From contig JADBKE010000007.1 of the NCBI GenBank assembly GCA_014896535.1, positions 68,571 through 132,570 on the forward strand: a stretch of 64,000 bases of DNA, read 5' to 3'. This document shows positions 10,271-20,234 of this stretch, in pieces (the stretch's first letter is position 1; every line of letters starts with the position of its first letter). The notes beneath the pieces were generated by a model that made no database searches, was not told the DNA's origin, and saw only the letters and a program-made list of their open reading frames with translations. This DNA is from Candidatus Fermentithermobacillaceae bacterium. GTDB taxonomy: Bacteria > Bacillota > Sulfobacillia > Fermentithermobacillales > DUSS01. The translations under genes were made by a program, and so were the position numbers.

Positions 10271-11629
10271 CTACGACCGGCGCCGGGACCTCAGCACCGC
10301 CACCGGTACAACCGAGATAAGGGCGAGGACCGTCACCCAGGGAAAGATCTTAGCCCCGAACACAAAGATTCCCTTCCATGAGGTGACGAATGCCTCCCAG
10401 ACCTCTTTCCAAAAATTCGACCACCGTTCGGCTCCGACGGTGGCGCCTTCTTCCACAAAATTCACGGATAGTGCGGAAAGCGCTGACGCGCGTTCAATGT
10501 AGTTGAGCTGCCCCTGAATGGACTCGATCTCGGCGCGAACGCGCCAGAGCTCCGCCTCCACCTGCAAGAGTTCGCCTACGGTCTTTGCCTCTCCCATTAT
10601 CTGAATGAGCCGCGCCTCCTGAGCTTCCTTGGCCCGCACCCTGGCAGAAAGGTCAATGTGCTGTTCGGTGACATCCTGGGCCGACTCGCTCTGGTCGATG
10701 AGCTGCCCTAGAGTCCGGATGTCCTGCATCGTCTTGGTGAGGTTCTCCGCGGGGACCCTTCCGACCACGTATGCGCTGGCATTTCTCTTCGTCGCGGGGT
10801 CGCTCGTCACGAGGGAAGACGACTCCACATACCCCCCGGCCCCCTCGATTATCGCCCTCGCACGGTCCAGCGCGTCTCTTGCGACGCCCCTCGACACCGA
10901 GATGGTCATCCTGGCGTTTCTGATTATCTTACGCTGGATAACCGAGGCTGCCGCCGAGTACACATCTTCGCCTTTCGTCCCGGGCGCAGTAGCCTCGCCC
11001 GACCGGGGGAGGCCGGACTGCGTCACGTCCGTGAATATGGTGCGAAGGTTCTTGGAACTATCCGAGGTTCGACCGCTCTCCGAAGTGGAAGAACCACCGC
11101 CTTCGCCCCCACCACCGGTGCCGGGCGGAAGTTTGCCGGCATCGCCAGCTCCCGGGACAGGGGTAACCTCCTTCCCCAAGCCTTCGGCAACTCGATATCC
11201 CGGCTGTCCGGTCCTTCGGGCCACCAGATCCCGAATAATTCCGAATGAACCCACGAGTATCAGCATGACAAGGGCCCCGGCCAGCGCAGGCATGGCCCAA
11301 GACAACCTGGGATGCCGCACCCACCCGAACCAGCGCACCGGGAAGGTTCGGCCCGGTCCGGCACCACCTGCGGGTATCTCACGACGGTCGGCGGATTGAA
11401 CGCCCGTTCGCGCTCCTCTTATTCGCATCATGATGCCTTCGTGAAGGTCGGGCGGCACATCGGCATCCACGAGCTCGGCGAAAGCCCGGCGTATGTTCGC
11501 CATCTCATCGAGAAGCTTGCGACAGGATTCGCACTCTCTGACGTGCTCTTCGACCGCCGCCCTCTCCACGGGCGACACCTCACCGTCGATGTAGCACGAC
11601 AGGAGCCCGATGATATCGTCGCACCTCAC
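10271..11629 (-). CDS. zf-HC2 anti-sigma factor with DUF4349-like extracytoplasmic domain
   Basis: N-terminal HVRECESC, a TM segment, RKIIRNA...DVTEQHIDL...IESIQGQL and a C-terminal TM; GTGA overlap with the sigma gene. Confidence 0.8.
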   Translation of the reverse strand: MRCDDIIGLLSCYIDGEVSPVERAAVEEHVRECESCRKLLDEMANIRRAFAELVDADVPPDLHEGIMMRIRGARTGVQSADRREIPAGGAGPGRTFPVRWFGWVRHPRLSWAMPALAGALVMLILVGSFGIIRDLVARRTGQPGYRVAEGLGKEVTPVPGAGDAGKLPPGTGGGGEGGGSSTSESGRTSDSSKNLRTIFTDVTQSGLPRSGEATAPGTKGEDVYSAAASVIQRKIIRNARMTISVSRGVARDALDRARAIIEGAGGYVESSSLVTSDPATKRNASAYVVGRVPAENLTKTMQDIRTLGQLIDQSESAQDVTEQHIDLSARVRAKEAQEARLIQIMGEAKTVGELLQVEAELWRVRAEIESIQGQLNYIERASALSALSVNFVEEGATVGAERWSNFWKEVWEAFVTSWKGIFVFGAKIFPWVTVLALISVVPVAVLRSRRRS

Positions 11630-12420
11630 TTGCCTTCCCTCCCTTCACCGGCGTCATGAGGTTTGACGATGCTTCCCGGGATTTGTTCCGAAAACTCTTG
11701 ATTGACCGGGGGGACCGGAGGTGTCGCAGTTTCCCGGCCTGTCCGGCCGCCCGCGGGGGCTTCCGTGGCGGCCACGTACGGTGTTTCGGTTTCCCTCCGA
11801 CCGTTTTTCCGGTTCCCGCCCGGTGCCGCGGTCGTTGACGACCCCGGGCACGGTCTTTCAGAACCGCTCAGAAGCCTTTTCAGAGCCCACCTGGCCCTGG
11901 CAAGCCTCGACTTGACAGTACCCATAGGAACACCGGTGATCTCGGAGATCTCCTCATAGCTCAGCCCTTTTATATGCGCAAGCACGAGCATGGTTCTGTG
12001 CTCGGGGGAAAGATCTCCGAGAGCATCGGCGATCTTTTCCACCAACACTCTGGACTCCACTTCGTCTTCGACGGAAGGGCCTTTTTGCGGGACCTGGAGA
12101 GGCGCATCCCTGTCCAAGTACGGCGCGTCGAGAGAATACGACCAGTTCTTCTGTCGCTCCCTGATGGCGTCCACGCACAGGTTGACGGTTATGCGGTAAA
12201 GCCAGGTCGAAAAAGACGATTCCCCGCGGAAGCTGGGGAGCTTCTCGTATACCCTGACGAAAACTTCCTGAGTAACGTCCCTGGCATCCTCGGGGTCCAG
12301 GAGCGTACGCAGAGCAAGGTTGTACACCTGTCTTTCGTACCTGGCGACGATGGTCTCGAAAGCGCCATCATCACCCCGGCAAGCACGTTTTGCGAGTTCC
12401 AGGTCATCGGGCAGACCCAC
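11626..12420 (-). CDS. ECF RNA polymerase sigma factor (SigW/RpoE-like)
   Basis: DARDVTQEVF, FRGESSFSTWLYRITVN, SYEEIS and GTVKSRLARAR; low-complexity C-terminal tail. Confidence 0.9.
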   Translation of the reverse strand: MGLPDDLELAKRACRGDDGAFETIVARYERQVYNLALRTLLDPEDARDVTQEVFVRVYEKLPSFRGESSFSTWLYRITVNLCVDAIRERQKNWSYSLDAPYLDRDAPLQVPQKGPSVEDEVESRVLVEKIADALGDLSPEHRTMLVLAHIKGLSYEEISEITGVPMGTVKSRLARARWALKRLLSGSERPCPGSSTTAAPGGNRKNGRRETETPYVAATEAPAGGRTGRETATPPVPPVNQEFSEQIPGSIVKPHDAGEGREGK

Positions 12421-12445
12421 GAACGCACTCCCCTCCGGAAACCCT

Positions 12446-12572
12446 CCACCGGTAGCCGTGTAGCTGACTCTTGCCCCGCTTACGTGTCCCGCCGTCCAGA
12501 CCAGTCGCCTTCCAAGGCCCTGCTCAACCCCGAACCCGCAAAGCCTGCGTCAGTTAGACCTGGTTACGGTGG
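12446..12572 (-). ncRNA. Candidate 6S-like rod-shaped RNA downstream of aspS
   Basis: Ends pair extensively (CCACCG..TAACC..CTAACTGAC with GTCAGCTAC..GGCTA..CGGTGG); same position as 6S-1 RNA after aspS in Bacillus; shorter than a typical 6S. Confidence 0.3.
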
Positions 12573-12689
12573 TCTCGCAAGCCGCAGCAGGTGCGACCGC
12601 CCGCGCCGCAACGCTCAGCGACGGCAGTTCCTCTTTTGCCGGTCAGGTCCGGCCTAGTCTCCGGCCCGCTCCTCACGAACGCGTTACCT

Positions 12690-14564
12690 TTAACGCTTTA
12701 CCTTTATTTCAATGCCCAGCTCGTCGAGTTTCTCCCGGTCGATGGGGGCCGGTGCATCGGTCAGGACACACGTGCCGCTTGAGGTTTTCGGAAAAGCGAT
12801 AACCTCCCGGATGGTTTCGGCGCCGGCCATCATCATAATCAGCCGGTCCATGCCGAAAGCGATCCCCCCGTGCGGCGGGGCTCCGTATTCGAACGCCTCC
12901 AGCAGAAAGCCGAACCTTTTCCTAGCCTCTTCTTCATTCAATCCCAGGACTTTGAATACCTTCTCCTGGACGTCCCTTCTGTGAATACGTATCGACCCCG
13001 AAGCCAGTTCCACTCCGTTCAGCACCACGTCGTAACAGCGGGCGCGTATGGCTCCGCGGTCGGTTCGGGCAAGCTCCTCGAACCGTTCCAGGTCCTCCGG
13101 GACCGGACTGGTGAACGGGTGATGCGCCGCTTCCCATTCCCCGGTCTCTTCGTTGATTTTCAAGAGGGGAAACTCCGTGACCCATAGAAAAGCGAATTTC
13201 TCCCGGGGGATCATCCCGAGCGTGCGGCCGAGATCCAGCCTCATCTTCCCCAGCACCTCACAAGACGGCACGTCTTCTCCGGCCACACACAGGACCAGAT
13301 CGCCGGTGACGGCGCCGGACATCTCCCTCACCCGGTCGAGCTCGCTGTCTGACAGGAATTTCCGGGCTGGCGACCTCACCTCTCCGTCAAGATATGCCAG
13401 GGTGATGAGGCCCTTCGCCCCGTATCCCTTGGCCTTTTCAACCAGAGCATCCACCTGGCTCCGGGACATCCCCGCCTGTCCCGGCGCGACGAGGGCTTTC
13501 ACCCGTCCGCCGCTGGCGAGGACGTCGGCTACCACCTTGAACGCGGTACCTCGAAAAGCTTCGGTGACGTCGCGGATCTCCATGCCGAACCTTATGTCGG
13601 GCTTATCCGTTCCGTAGCGGGCTATAGCTTCCCGGTAGGTCATGCGCGGGAACGGAACGGGAAGGGTCACCCCTAAAACGGTCTCCCACATATATCTCAA
13701 CAGCCCCTCGACCAGCGAGAACACTTCCTCCTCGCCGACGAAGGACATCTCTATGTCTATTTGGGTGAACTCCGGCTGTCTGTCAGCTCGCAGGTCCTCA
13801 TCCCGGAAACACCTGTTGATCTGGAAGTACTTGTCCACCCCGGCCACCATCAGGAGCTGCTTAAACAGCTGGGGCGACTGGGCCAGGGCGAAGAACTTTC
13901 CCGGTGCGGTTCTCACCGGAACCACATAGTCGCGGGCGCCCTCCGGGGTGCTTCTCGTCATCATAGGGGTTTCTATTTCCCAAAAACCGAGGCCGGAAAG
14001 GTAATCTCGCACGGCCTTCACGGCGCGGTGCCGGAGTTCGAGATTTCGCAACATGGGATACCGGCGCAGATCGAGGTATCTATACCTCAGCCTCAGATTT
14101 TCGTCGGCGCTGGCGTTATCCTGGATATAGAAAGGAGGCGTCTTCGCAGTGTTCAGAATGTGAATCCGGAGGGCTTCCACCTCGATTTCGCCTGTGGGAA
14201 GAGCGGGATTGACGTTCTCCGGCAACCTTCTGGTCACCGTTCCCTCTACGGCTACCACGTACTCGGATCTCAGGAGTTCGGCAGCGGAAAACGCTTCGGC
14301 ACTCCTGTCGCGAGAGCTCACCACCTGAACGATTCCGGTCCTGTCGGCCAGATCGATGAATATGAGCTCCCCGAGGTCCCTGCGCCTCCGGACCCAGCCC
14401 ATGAGCACCACGGATCGTCCGGCGTCTTCCAGGCGCAACTCGCCGCAGTAATGGGTCCTCCTCAAGTTACCCAGGTCTTCGAGAGCAAGTCGAACCTCAC
14501 CCCGCGGCTCGCCGCTCTGTTTCGCTTTCCCGCTCCCGGGACCTTGTTCGAGTTTCTCGCCCAT
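12690..14564 (-). CDS. aspS: Aspartate--tRNA ligase
   Basis: RTHYCG, RYRYLDLRR, TPEGARDY, QSPQLFKQ, RDEDLRADRQPEFTQ and PPHGGIAFG motifs. Confidence 0.98.
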   Translation of the reverse strand: MGEKLEQGPGSGKAKQSGEPRGEVRLALEDLGNLRRTHYCGELRLEDAGRSVVLMGWVRRRRDLGELIFIDLADRTGIVQVVSSRDRSAEAFSAAELLRSEYVVAVEGTVTRRLPENVNPALPTGEIEVEALRIHILNTAKTPPFYIQDNASADENLRLRYRYLDLRRYPMLRNLELRHRAVKAVRDYLSGLGFWEIETPMMTRSTPEGARDYVVPVRTAPGKFFALAQSPQLFKQLLMVAGVDKYFQINRCFRDEDLRADRQPEFTQIDIEMSFVGEEEVFSLVEGLLRYMWETVLGVTLPVPFPRMTYREAIARYGTDKPDIRFGMEIRDVTEAFRGTAFKVVADVLASGGRVKALVAPGQAGMSRSQVDALVEKAKGYGAKGLITLAYLDGEVRSPARKFLSDSELDRVREMSGAVTGDLVLCVAGEDVPSCEVLGKMRLDLGRTLGMIPREKFAFLWVTEFPLLKINEETGEWEAAHHPFTSPVPEDLERFEELARTDRGAIRARCYDVVLNGVELASGSIRIHRRDVQEKVFKVLGLNEEEARKRFGFLLEAFEYGAPPHGGIAFGMDRLIMMMAGAETIREVIAFPKTSSGTCVLTDAPAPIDREKLDELGIEIKVKR

Positions 14565-14685
14565 GTTGATCCCCCTGTTTCACCAGCATCTCTGCGGAAT
14601 ATCTGTAGAGAACGCCTGCACCAGACATCTATACTTGGAGATTACCACAAAGGAGAACCCGGGGAGAACACGAGACGGCAGCCGC

Positions 14686-15957
14686 TCAGCGCCCGCCTGC
14701 CCTCGTCAAAGAAACGATTTCCTTTTCGATTTCGCTCAGCGGGACCTCTCTCTGCCATCCCTCGTCCATCGACCGGACGGTGGCCACTCCCCTCGCCGTC
14801 TCCTCGGGACCGAGGATAATCGCGTGGCGAGCTTCGTAGCGTGACGCCTGCTTCATCTGGGCTTTCAGGCTCCGCCCGAGCTGGTCGAAGTCAGCGCTGA
14901 CCCCCGCTGCCCGCAGCCGGTTGGCGATTTCCAGGGCGCGATACGCGAGAGCGTCATCTACGTAGCATACGAAACAATCTAGCCTGTCCCATCCTTGGGG
15001 CGGGTTTTTTCCTTTTTCCACGGCCATGAGAAGCCTTTCGAGTCCCACGGCAAATCCCACACCAGGAACGGAGGGACCACCCAGCGCCTCGACCAATCCG
15101 TCGTATCGACCCCCACCCAGGATGGCGTCCTGAGCACCCAGGGGCGGCCATTTGACTTCAAACACGGTCCGGGTGTAGTAATCCAACCCTCTGACCAGTG
15201 ACGGGTCTATCCGGTAACTCATCCCCATGCCGGTCAGGATCTTCCCGAGCGTCTCAAAATGCTCTTTGCACCCGGTGCAAAGGTAATCGAGCATAGACGG
15301 AGCTTCGGCCAGGATCGCGCGGCATGTTTCGTTCTTGCAGTCCAGCACACGAAGGGGATTTCTTCCGACCCTCCTCCGGCAGTCGTCGCATAGGTCAGAT
15401 TCCCGGGCTCCGAGATACTCTGTAAGGGCTTTACGGTACCCTTCCCTGCATCCGGGACATCCTATGCTGTTCAGGTGTAGCGTCGTCTCAGTGAGCCCCA
15501 GGGTGTTGCAGATCTCGACGGCAAGGAAAATCACTTCGGCATCGCACAGAGGAGAAGAAGAACCTAGAAGCTCGGCCCCATACTGCACAAACTCTCGATA
15601 TCGCCCTGCCTGGGGCTTTTCGTAACGGAACATCGGTCCTATGTAATAGACCTTGACGGGTTGAGGGCCGGAATAAAGCCGGTTCTCGATATACGCGCGA
15701 CCCACCGGAGCTGTCCCTTCCGGCCTCAACGTGAGGCTTCTACCAGCTCTATCTTTGAAGGTGTACATCTCCTTCTCGACGATATCGGTGGTCTCGCCGA
15801 CGGTGCGGGTGAAAAGCTCGGTGTGCTCGAAGATGGGAGTCCGGATTTCCCGGTAATTGAACCGTTCCGAGACGTCTCGAAGGACCCTCTCCACCCGAAG
15901 CCATTTCCCCGTTTCCGCAGGAAGCCGGTCCTCCGTACCTTTGGGACGCGAGATCAT
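14686..15957 (-). CDS. hisS: Histidine--tRNA ligase
   Basis: PKGTED, LRPEGTA, FRYEKPQAGRYREF, LVRGLDYY and GGGRYDGL; ATG 15957 follows a GGAGGTG RBS. Confidence 0.98.
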   Translation of the reverse strand: MISRPKGTEDRLPAETGKWLRVERVLRDVSERFNYREIRTPIFEHTELFTRTVGETTDIVEKEMYTFKDRAGRSLTLRPEGTAPVGRAYIENRLYSGPQPVKVYYIGPMFRYEKPQAGRYREFVQYGAELLGSSSPLCDAEVIFLAVEICNTLGLTETTLHLNSIGCPGCREGYRKALTEYLGARESDLCDDCRRRVGRNPLRVLDCKNETCRAILAEAPSMLDYLCTGCKEHFETLGKILTGMGMSYRIDPSLVRGLDYYTRTVFEVKWPPLGAQDAILGGGRYDGLVEALGGPSVPGVGFAVGLERLLMAVEKGKNPPQGWDRLDCFVCYVDDALAYRALEIANRLRAAGVSADFDQLGRSLKAQMKQASRYEARHAIILGPEETARGVATVRSMDEGWQREVPLSEIEKEIVSLTRAGGR

Positions 15958-15993
15958 CGCCCTCACCTCCGAGCCTTCTCTTCAGGCAGAGCT

Positions 15994-16611
15994 TTAGACA
16001 AAGGGATTATGAACCTTCTCATGTCCGATGGTGGTTGTCTCTCCATGCCCCGGGTAAACCACCGTATCATCGGGAAGCAGGAAGAGTTTCCCCGTAATGC
16101 TATCCCGCAGGTCGGCCACGCTGCCACCCGGAAGGTCGGTCCGTCCGACTCCCTCGAGGAACAGAGTGTCTCCGGAAAACAGCGTGCCTTCACGGTAGAG
16201 GCATATGCTGCCCGGCGTGTGCCCGGGAGTTTCCAGAACCTTAAAGGAAAGCCCCCCTACGTTCACCAAGTCGGATTCGTTGAGGATGCCGTCCGGGCGA
16301 ATTCCCTGTGAGCTTTTGGAGTTCATATACGGCCTCATCCAGCCAGGGTTCTCCAGAAGCTCGGCGTCTCCACTCCCTAGCAAAACCACGGCGCCGGTCT
16401 TCTCCTTGAGTTCCGCGACCGCCCCCGTGTGGTCAAAGTGCGCGTGGGTGAGGACGATCTTCTCCGCTTTGACACCCTGTTTCCTCAGGGCGTCCAGAAT
16501 TACCGCAGCGTCCTCGCCGGGATCGATGACCATGCAAGCCCCGGAGCTTTCGTCCACCACCACATAGCAATTGGTGTCAAGCGGACCTACTGTTAGACAA
16601 AGGATCTTCAT
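15994..16611 (-). CDS. MBL-fold metallo-hydrolase (glyoxalase II-like)
   Basis: THAHFDH, TPGHTPG, FSGDTLF and PGHG motifs. Confidence 0.92.
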   Translation of the reverse strand: MKILCLTVGPLDTNCYVVVDESSGACMVIDPGEDAAVILDALRKQGVKAEKIVLTHAHFDHTGAVAELKEKTGAVVLLGSGDAELLENPGWMRPYMNSKSSQGIRPDGILNESDLVNVGGLSFKVLETPGHTPGSICLYREGTLFSGDTLFLEGVGRTDLPGGSVADLRDSITGKLFLLPDDTVVYPGHGETTTIGHEKVHNPFV

Positions 16612-16707
16612 TTATGCGACCGCTCCCGTATCAGCCATCAATGTTCGTTGCTTTAAATGAGAGTGTAACTCTACGGTCAGCCGGACGGGCAACGACTGTA
16701 CGCCGAC

Positions 16708-17157
16708 CTAGAATTCCTTCTTACTCGAGATGAGAATGGTAACCGGCCCATCGTTGACCAGTTCAACCTGCATGTGAGCACCAAACTCCCCCGTTTTCGT
16801 AGGCACACCGCGACGCCTGAGCTCCTCGACAAAGGCTTCGTAGAGCTCCCTGCCCTTCACCGGCTCCATCGCCATGTCGAACCCGGGCCGTTTCCCCTTC
16901 TTTACGTCACCAAAGAGCGTAAATTGGGACACAACCAGAGCTTCGCCGCCCACGTCCAGTATGGACAGATTCATCTTGCCCTCCGCATCCGGAAAAACCC
17001 TTAGACCGGCGACTTTTTCGGCCATGTACTCTGCATCTTCCCGAGTATCGTCTCGGCCGACTCCCAGAAGTATAAGAGCGCCCGGGCCCGTGGCCGCTAC
17101 TTCCCTGGCGCCCACCGTCACCCGGGCGCGGGAAACCCGCTGGTATACGGCTCTCAC
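16708..17157 (-). CDS. dtd: D-aminoacyl-tRNA deacylase
   Basis: RAVYQRV, VSQFTL and NDGPVT motifs; downstream of relA. Confidence 0.97.
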   Translation of the reverse strand: MRAVYQRVSRARVTVGAREVAATGPGALILLGVGRDDTREDAEYMAEKVAGLRVFPDAEGKMNLSILDVGGEALVVSQFTLFGDVKKGKRPGFDMAMEPVKGRELYEAFVEELRRRGVPTKTGEFGAHMQVELVNDGPVTILISSKKEF

Positions 17158-17213
17158 CCGTTCTGCGCTCCTTTCTCCCCCTTGGAACGCGTCCTCTGGG
17201 CCGGCCCAGCTCC

Positions 17214-19382
17214 TCAGCCGGCCCGGAATGACCGCGCCACCCTTCTCACTTCGGTGACCCCGCGCACATCACTCATTTGCTTGGTAAGGCGCTTGAGTTC
17301 CTCCAGATCGTGGGTTTCGAATGTAACATTGATGAACGCGGTGCCGTCGGAATTGCCTCTGGCACTCGCGGACAGGATATTGGCCCCCGCTTTGGCCAGG
17401 ATTCCCGTGATGTCGGCGAACAGGCCGGGTCTGTCGTGAGCTCTCACCTCGATCGAGGAAGGATAGGCACCGCGGGAGTTCTCGTCCCAGGATACCTCGA
17501 CAAACCGCTCCTTGTCCTTGAGGTTCTCCAGGCTCGGGCAATCGAGCCGGTGCACTGAAACGCCGCGTCCTCTCGTAATGTACCCGATGATCGGGTCTCC
17601 GGGCACCGGATTGCAGCAATGGGCGAGCCTGACCAGGAGGTCTTTCATCCCTTTCACGATCACCGCTTCTTCCGGACCTCTCGGTTTGGCCGGCGTTACC
17701 TTGGCCTCCTGAGGCTGCTCGGGTGGGACAGGGTTCTTCTTCTGGACTTCTTCCTTGATCTTTGAGGCAACGTGGACGGCACTGAGGCCACCGTAGGCGA
17801 TGGCGGCGTAAACATCCTCGAAATCGGTAAACCGCAGCCGCTCCAGAACGCGCTCGCGGATTTCCTCGTCGTCCAGGCAGTCCAGTTTCAGACCGGCTTT
17901 GACGATCTCTTTCTCCAGCTGGGTCCTGCCCCTCAAGACGTCTTCGTCGCGGAGTTCCCTCTTGAAGAACTGCCTTATCTTCGACCTCGCCGACGGGGTC
18001 TTGACTATGTCGAGCCAGTCCAGGCTTGGCCGCCCCGACTGCCTGTTGACCAGGATTTCGACGATATCGCCGTTCTGAAGCTTGTAGTCGAGCGGCACCA
18101 TCTTGCCGTTGACTTTCGCGCCCACGCAATGGTTTCCGATATCCGTGTGGATCCTGTAGGCGAAGTCCAGCGGCGTGGCACCCACCGGCAAGTCGATGAC
18201 GTCGCCTTTGGGGGTGAAGACAAAGACTTCATCGTTGAAGACGTCGAGCTTCAGAGCTTCCATGAACTCCCTGGCGTCCGTCATCTCCCGCTGCCAGTCG
18301 AGAAGCTGCCTTAACCAGGCCATCTTCTCTTCGAAGCTTTTGTCGCCCTTGGTACCTTCCTTGTACCGCCAGTGAGCTGCGCTGCCGTATTCGGCCGTCT
18401 GGTCCATTTCCCTGGTACGGATCTGGATCTCGAACGGCTCGCCCAGCGGTCCCACCACCGTAGTGTGGAGAGACTGGTACCCGTTGGGCTTGGGCATGGC
18501 GATGTAATCCTTGAACCTGCCGGGAACGGGCTTCCACAGAGTGTGACAGAGCCCCAGAACCTCGTAACAATCGGGAACGGTATTCACTATCACCCTGGCC
18601 GCTATCAGGTCGTATATTTCCGAAAGCGCTTTGCCTTGCCTTTGCATCTTTTGGTAGATGCTGTACAGGTTCTTGGCCCTGCTCTGAACCTCCGCCGGGA
18701 TTCCCGCCCGAATCAGCCTGTCCTTCAGCGCCGCCATGACCATCGCGGCTTCAGCTTCCCTGTGGCTGCGGTGCTTCGCGATGGCTTGAGCCAGCGCCCG
18801 GTATTCCTCGGGGTGCAGGTACTTGAAGGCGAGGTCTTCAAGTTCCCACTTGAACCGCCAGATCCCGAGGCGATGGGCGAGAGGAGCGTAAATCTCCAAC
18901 GTCTCCTGGGCCGTGGCCTTCTGCTTTTCCGGCGGAAGGGCGTAGAGCGTTCTCAGGTTGTGCAGCCGGTCGGCAAGACGTATGACCACGACGCGCCAGT
19001 CCTCGGCCATCGCCAGGAACATTTTTCTCAGATTCGACACCTGCTCTTCTACGGGGTTCTTGAACTCGATGCGGGCGAGCTTCGTCACTCCATCGACGAG
19101 TTTGGCGATCTCGCGACCGAATTCTCTCTCTATATCCTCGAGGGTGACGTCGGTGTCTTCGACGGTGTCGTGAAGCAGGGCCGCGGCCAGTGTAACCGCA
19201 TCCCCCTCCATCTCCGCCAGGATTTTAGCCACGGCCAGAGGGTGCTGTATGAAGTCCTCACCGGTCAGCCTGTACTGGCCCTCGTGGGCCTTCAGGGCAA
19301 ACTCGTAGGCTCTTTCCACGAGTTCGGCGTCCTTGGCTGAAAGGTACCCCGCTATGTCCAGCCTGGGACTGGAGACAGACAC
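17214..19382 (-). CDS. relA: Bifunctional (p)ppGpp synthetase/hydrolase
   Basis: HD motif LLHDTVED, synthetase [22 protein letters not shown] domain, CCNPVPGD and ACT domain. Confidence 0.98.
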   Translation of the reverse strand: MSVSSPRLDIAGYLSAKDAELVERAYEFALKAHEGQYRLTGEDFIQHPLAVAKILAEMEGDAVTLAAALLHDTVEDTDVTLEDIEREFGREIAKLVDGVTKLARIEFKNPVEEQVSNLRKMFLAMAEDWRVVVIRLADRLHNLRTLYALPPEKQKATAQETLEIYAPLAHRLGIWRFKWELEDLAFKYLHPEEYRALAQAIAKHRSHREAEAAMVMAALKDRLIRAGIPAEVQSRAKNLYSIYQKMQRQGKALSEIYDLIAARVIVNTVPDCYEVLGLCHTLWKPVPGRFKDYIAMPKPNGYQSLHTTVVGPLGEPFEIQIRTREMDQTAEYGSAAHWRYKEGTKGDKSFEEKMAWLRQLLDWQREMTDAREFMEALKLDVFNDEVFVFTPKGDVIDLPVGATPLDFAYRIHTDIGNHCVGAKVNGKMVPLDYKLQNGDIVEILVNRQSGRPSLDWLDIVKTPSARSKIRQFFKRELRDEDVLRGRTQLEKEIVKAGLKLDCLDDEEIRERVLERLRFTDFEDVYAAIAYGGLSAVHVASKIKEEVQKKNPVPPEQPQEAKVTPAKPRGPEEAVIVKGMKDLLVRLAHCCNPVPGDPIIGYITRGRGVSVHRLDCPSLENLKDKERFVEVSWDENSRGAYPSSIEVRAHDRPGLFADITGILAKAGANILSASARGNSDGTAFINVTFETHDLEELKRLTKQMSDVRGVTEVRRVARSFRAG

Positions 19383-19599
19383 CTTGACCCTCCTCTAAAA
19401 AGCCTCCTAAAAACGCTAACCCCGGTGATAGCAGCCCAACCGCGCTCGGGGGGCTTGCCATCGTCCCGGGGTCATCGGTGCTCTCCCGCCGGAACCTTGC
19501 CCCACTTTGCCCTCGCTCGGGCGCGACCGCACCACGACTCATATCCCACTCATATCCCGCCGGTTCTACAACCGGTCCGGGGCCGGTTCGTCCGAGCGT

Positions 19600-20154
19600 T
19601 CAGGAGTCGAGCTTTATCACCGATATCACATTCTTGTAACCTTTTTTATTCAGATTAGCCCTGCCGGGAATGTAAGTCAATTCGATGAGAAACGCCACCG
19701 CTTCGACAGACCCACCCAGTTTCTCCACCAGGTCGATGGTGGCCAGGATGGTCCCACCGGTGGCCAGCAAGTCGTCGAGAACGAGAACCTTCTGTCCCGG
19801 TCTCACGGCGTCTTTGTGGATTTCGAGCACGTCTTGTCCGTATTCCAGCTGGTACGATCCACGTAAAGTCTCCCAGGGAAGCTTGCCCGCCTTCCTCACG
19901 GGCACGAACCCTTTACCAAGCCGGTATGCCAGCGCCGCGCCGATCATGAAGCCGCGAGCCTCGGGCGCGACGACGAGCTCGAAATCCACGCCCGACACGG
20001 CCTCGGCCAGCGCGTCTATGGCTTCGCGGAAGGCCTGCCCATCCTTGAGGAGAGTGGTGATGTCCTTGAAACTGACTCCCTTCTGAGGAAAATCCGGGAC
20101 AACTCTCAGGAGCTTGCCCAGCCGCTCACCGACGTTCGTGGACACGTAAAACAC
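19600..20154 (-). CDS. apt: Adenine phosphoribosyltransferase
   Basis: PDFPQKGVSFKDIT, EARGF, RKAGKLP, LEYG and DDLLATGGT. Confidence 0.97.
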   Translation of the reverse strand: MFYVSTNVGERLGKLLRVVPDFPQKGVSFKDITTLLKDGQAFREAIDALAEAVSGVDFELVVAPEARGFMIGAALAYRLGKGFVPVRKAGKLPWETLRGSYQLEYGQDVLEIHKDAVRPGQKVLVLDDLLATGGTILATIDLVEKLGGSVEAVAFLIELTYIPGRANLNKKGYKNVISVIKLDS

Positions 20155-20234
20155 CTCCCGTTGCCTGCGTCTTTCGCACGAGCTGGTTTCTACCTCTCAC
20201 CTAAGCTTTCCTTCAGCCCGCACCTTCGGGCGGG

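Noticed and set aside
14565-14685. T-box leader for aspS or hisS
   Set aside because: No T-box consensus or terminator is visible, and the gap is too short
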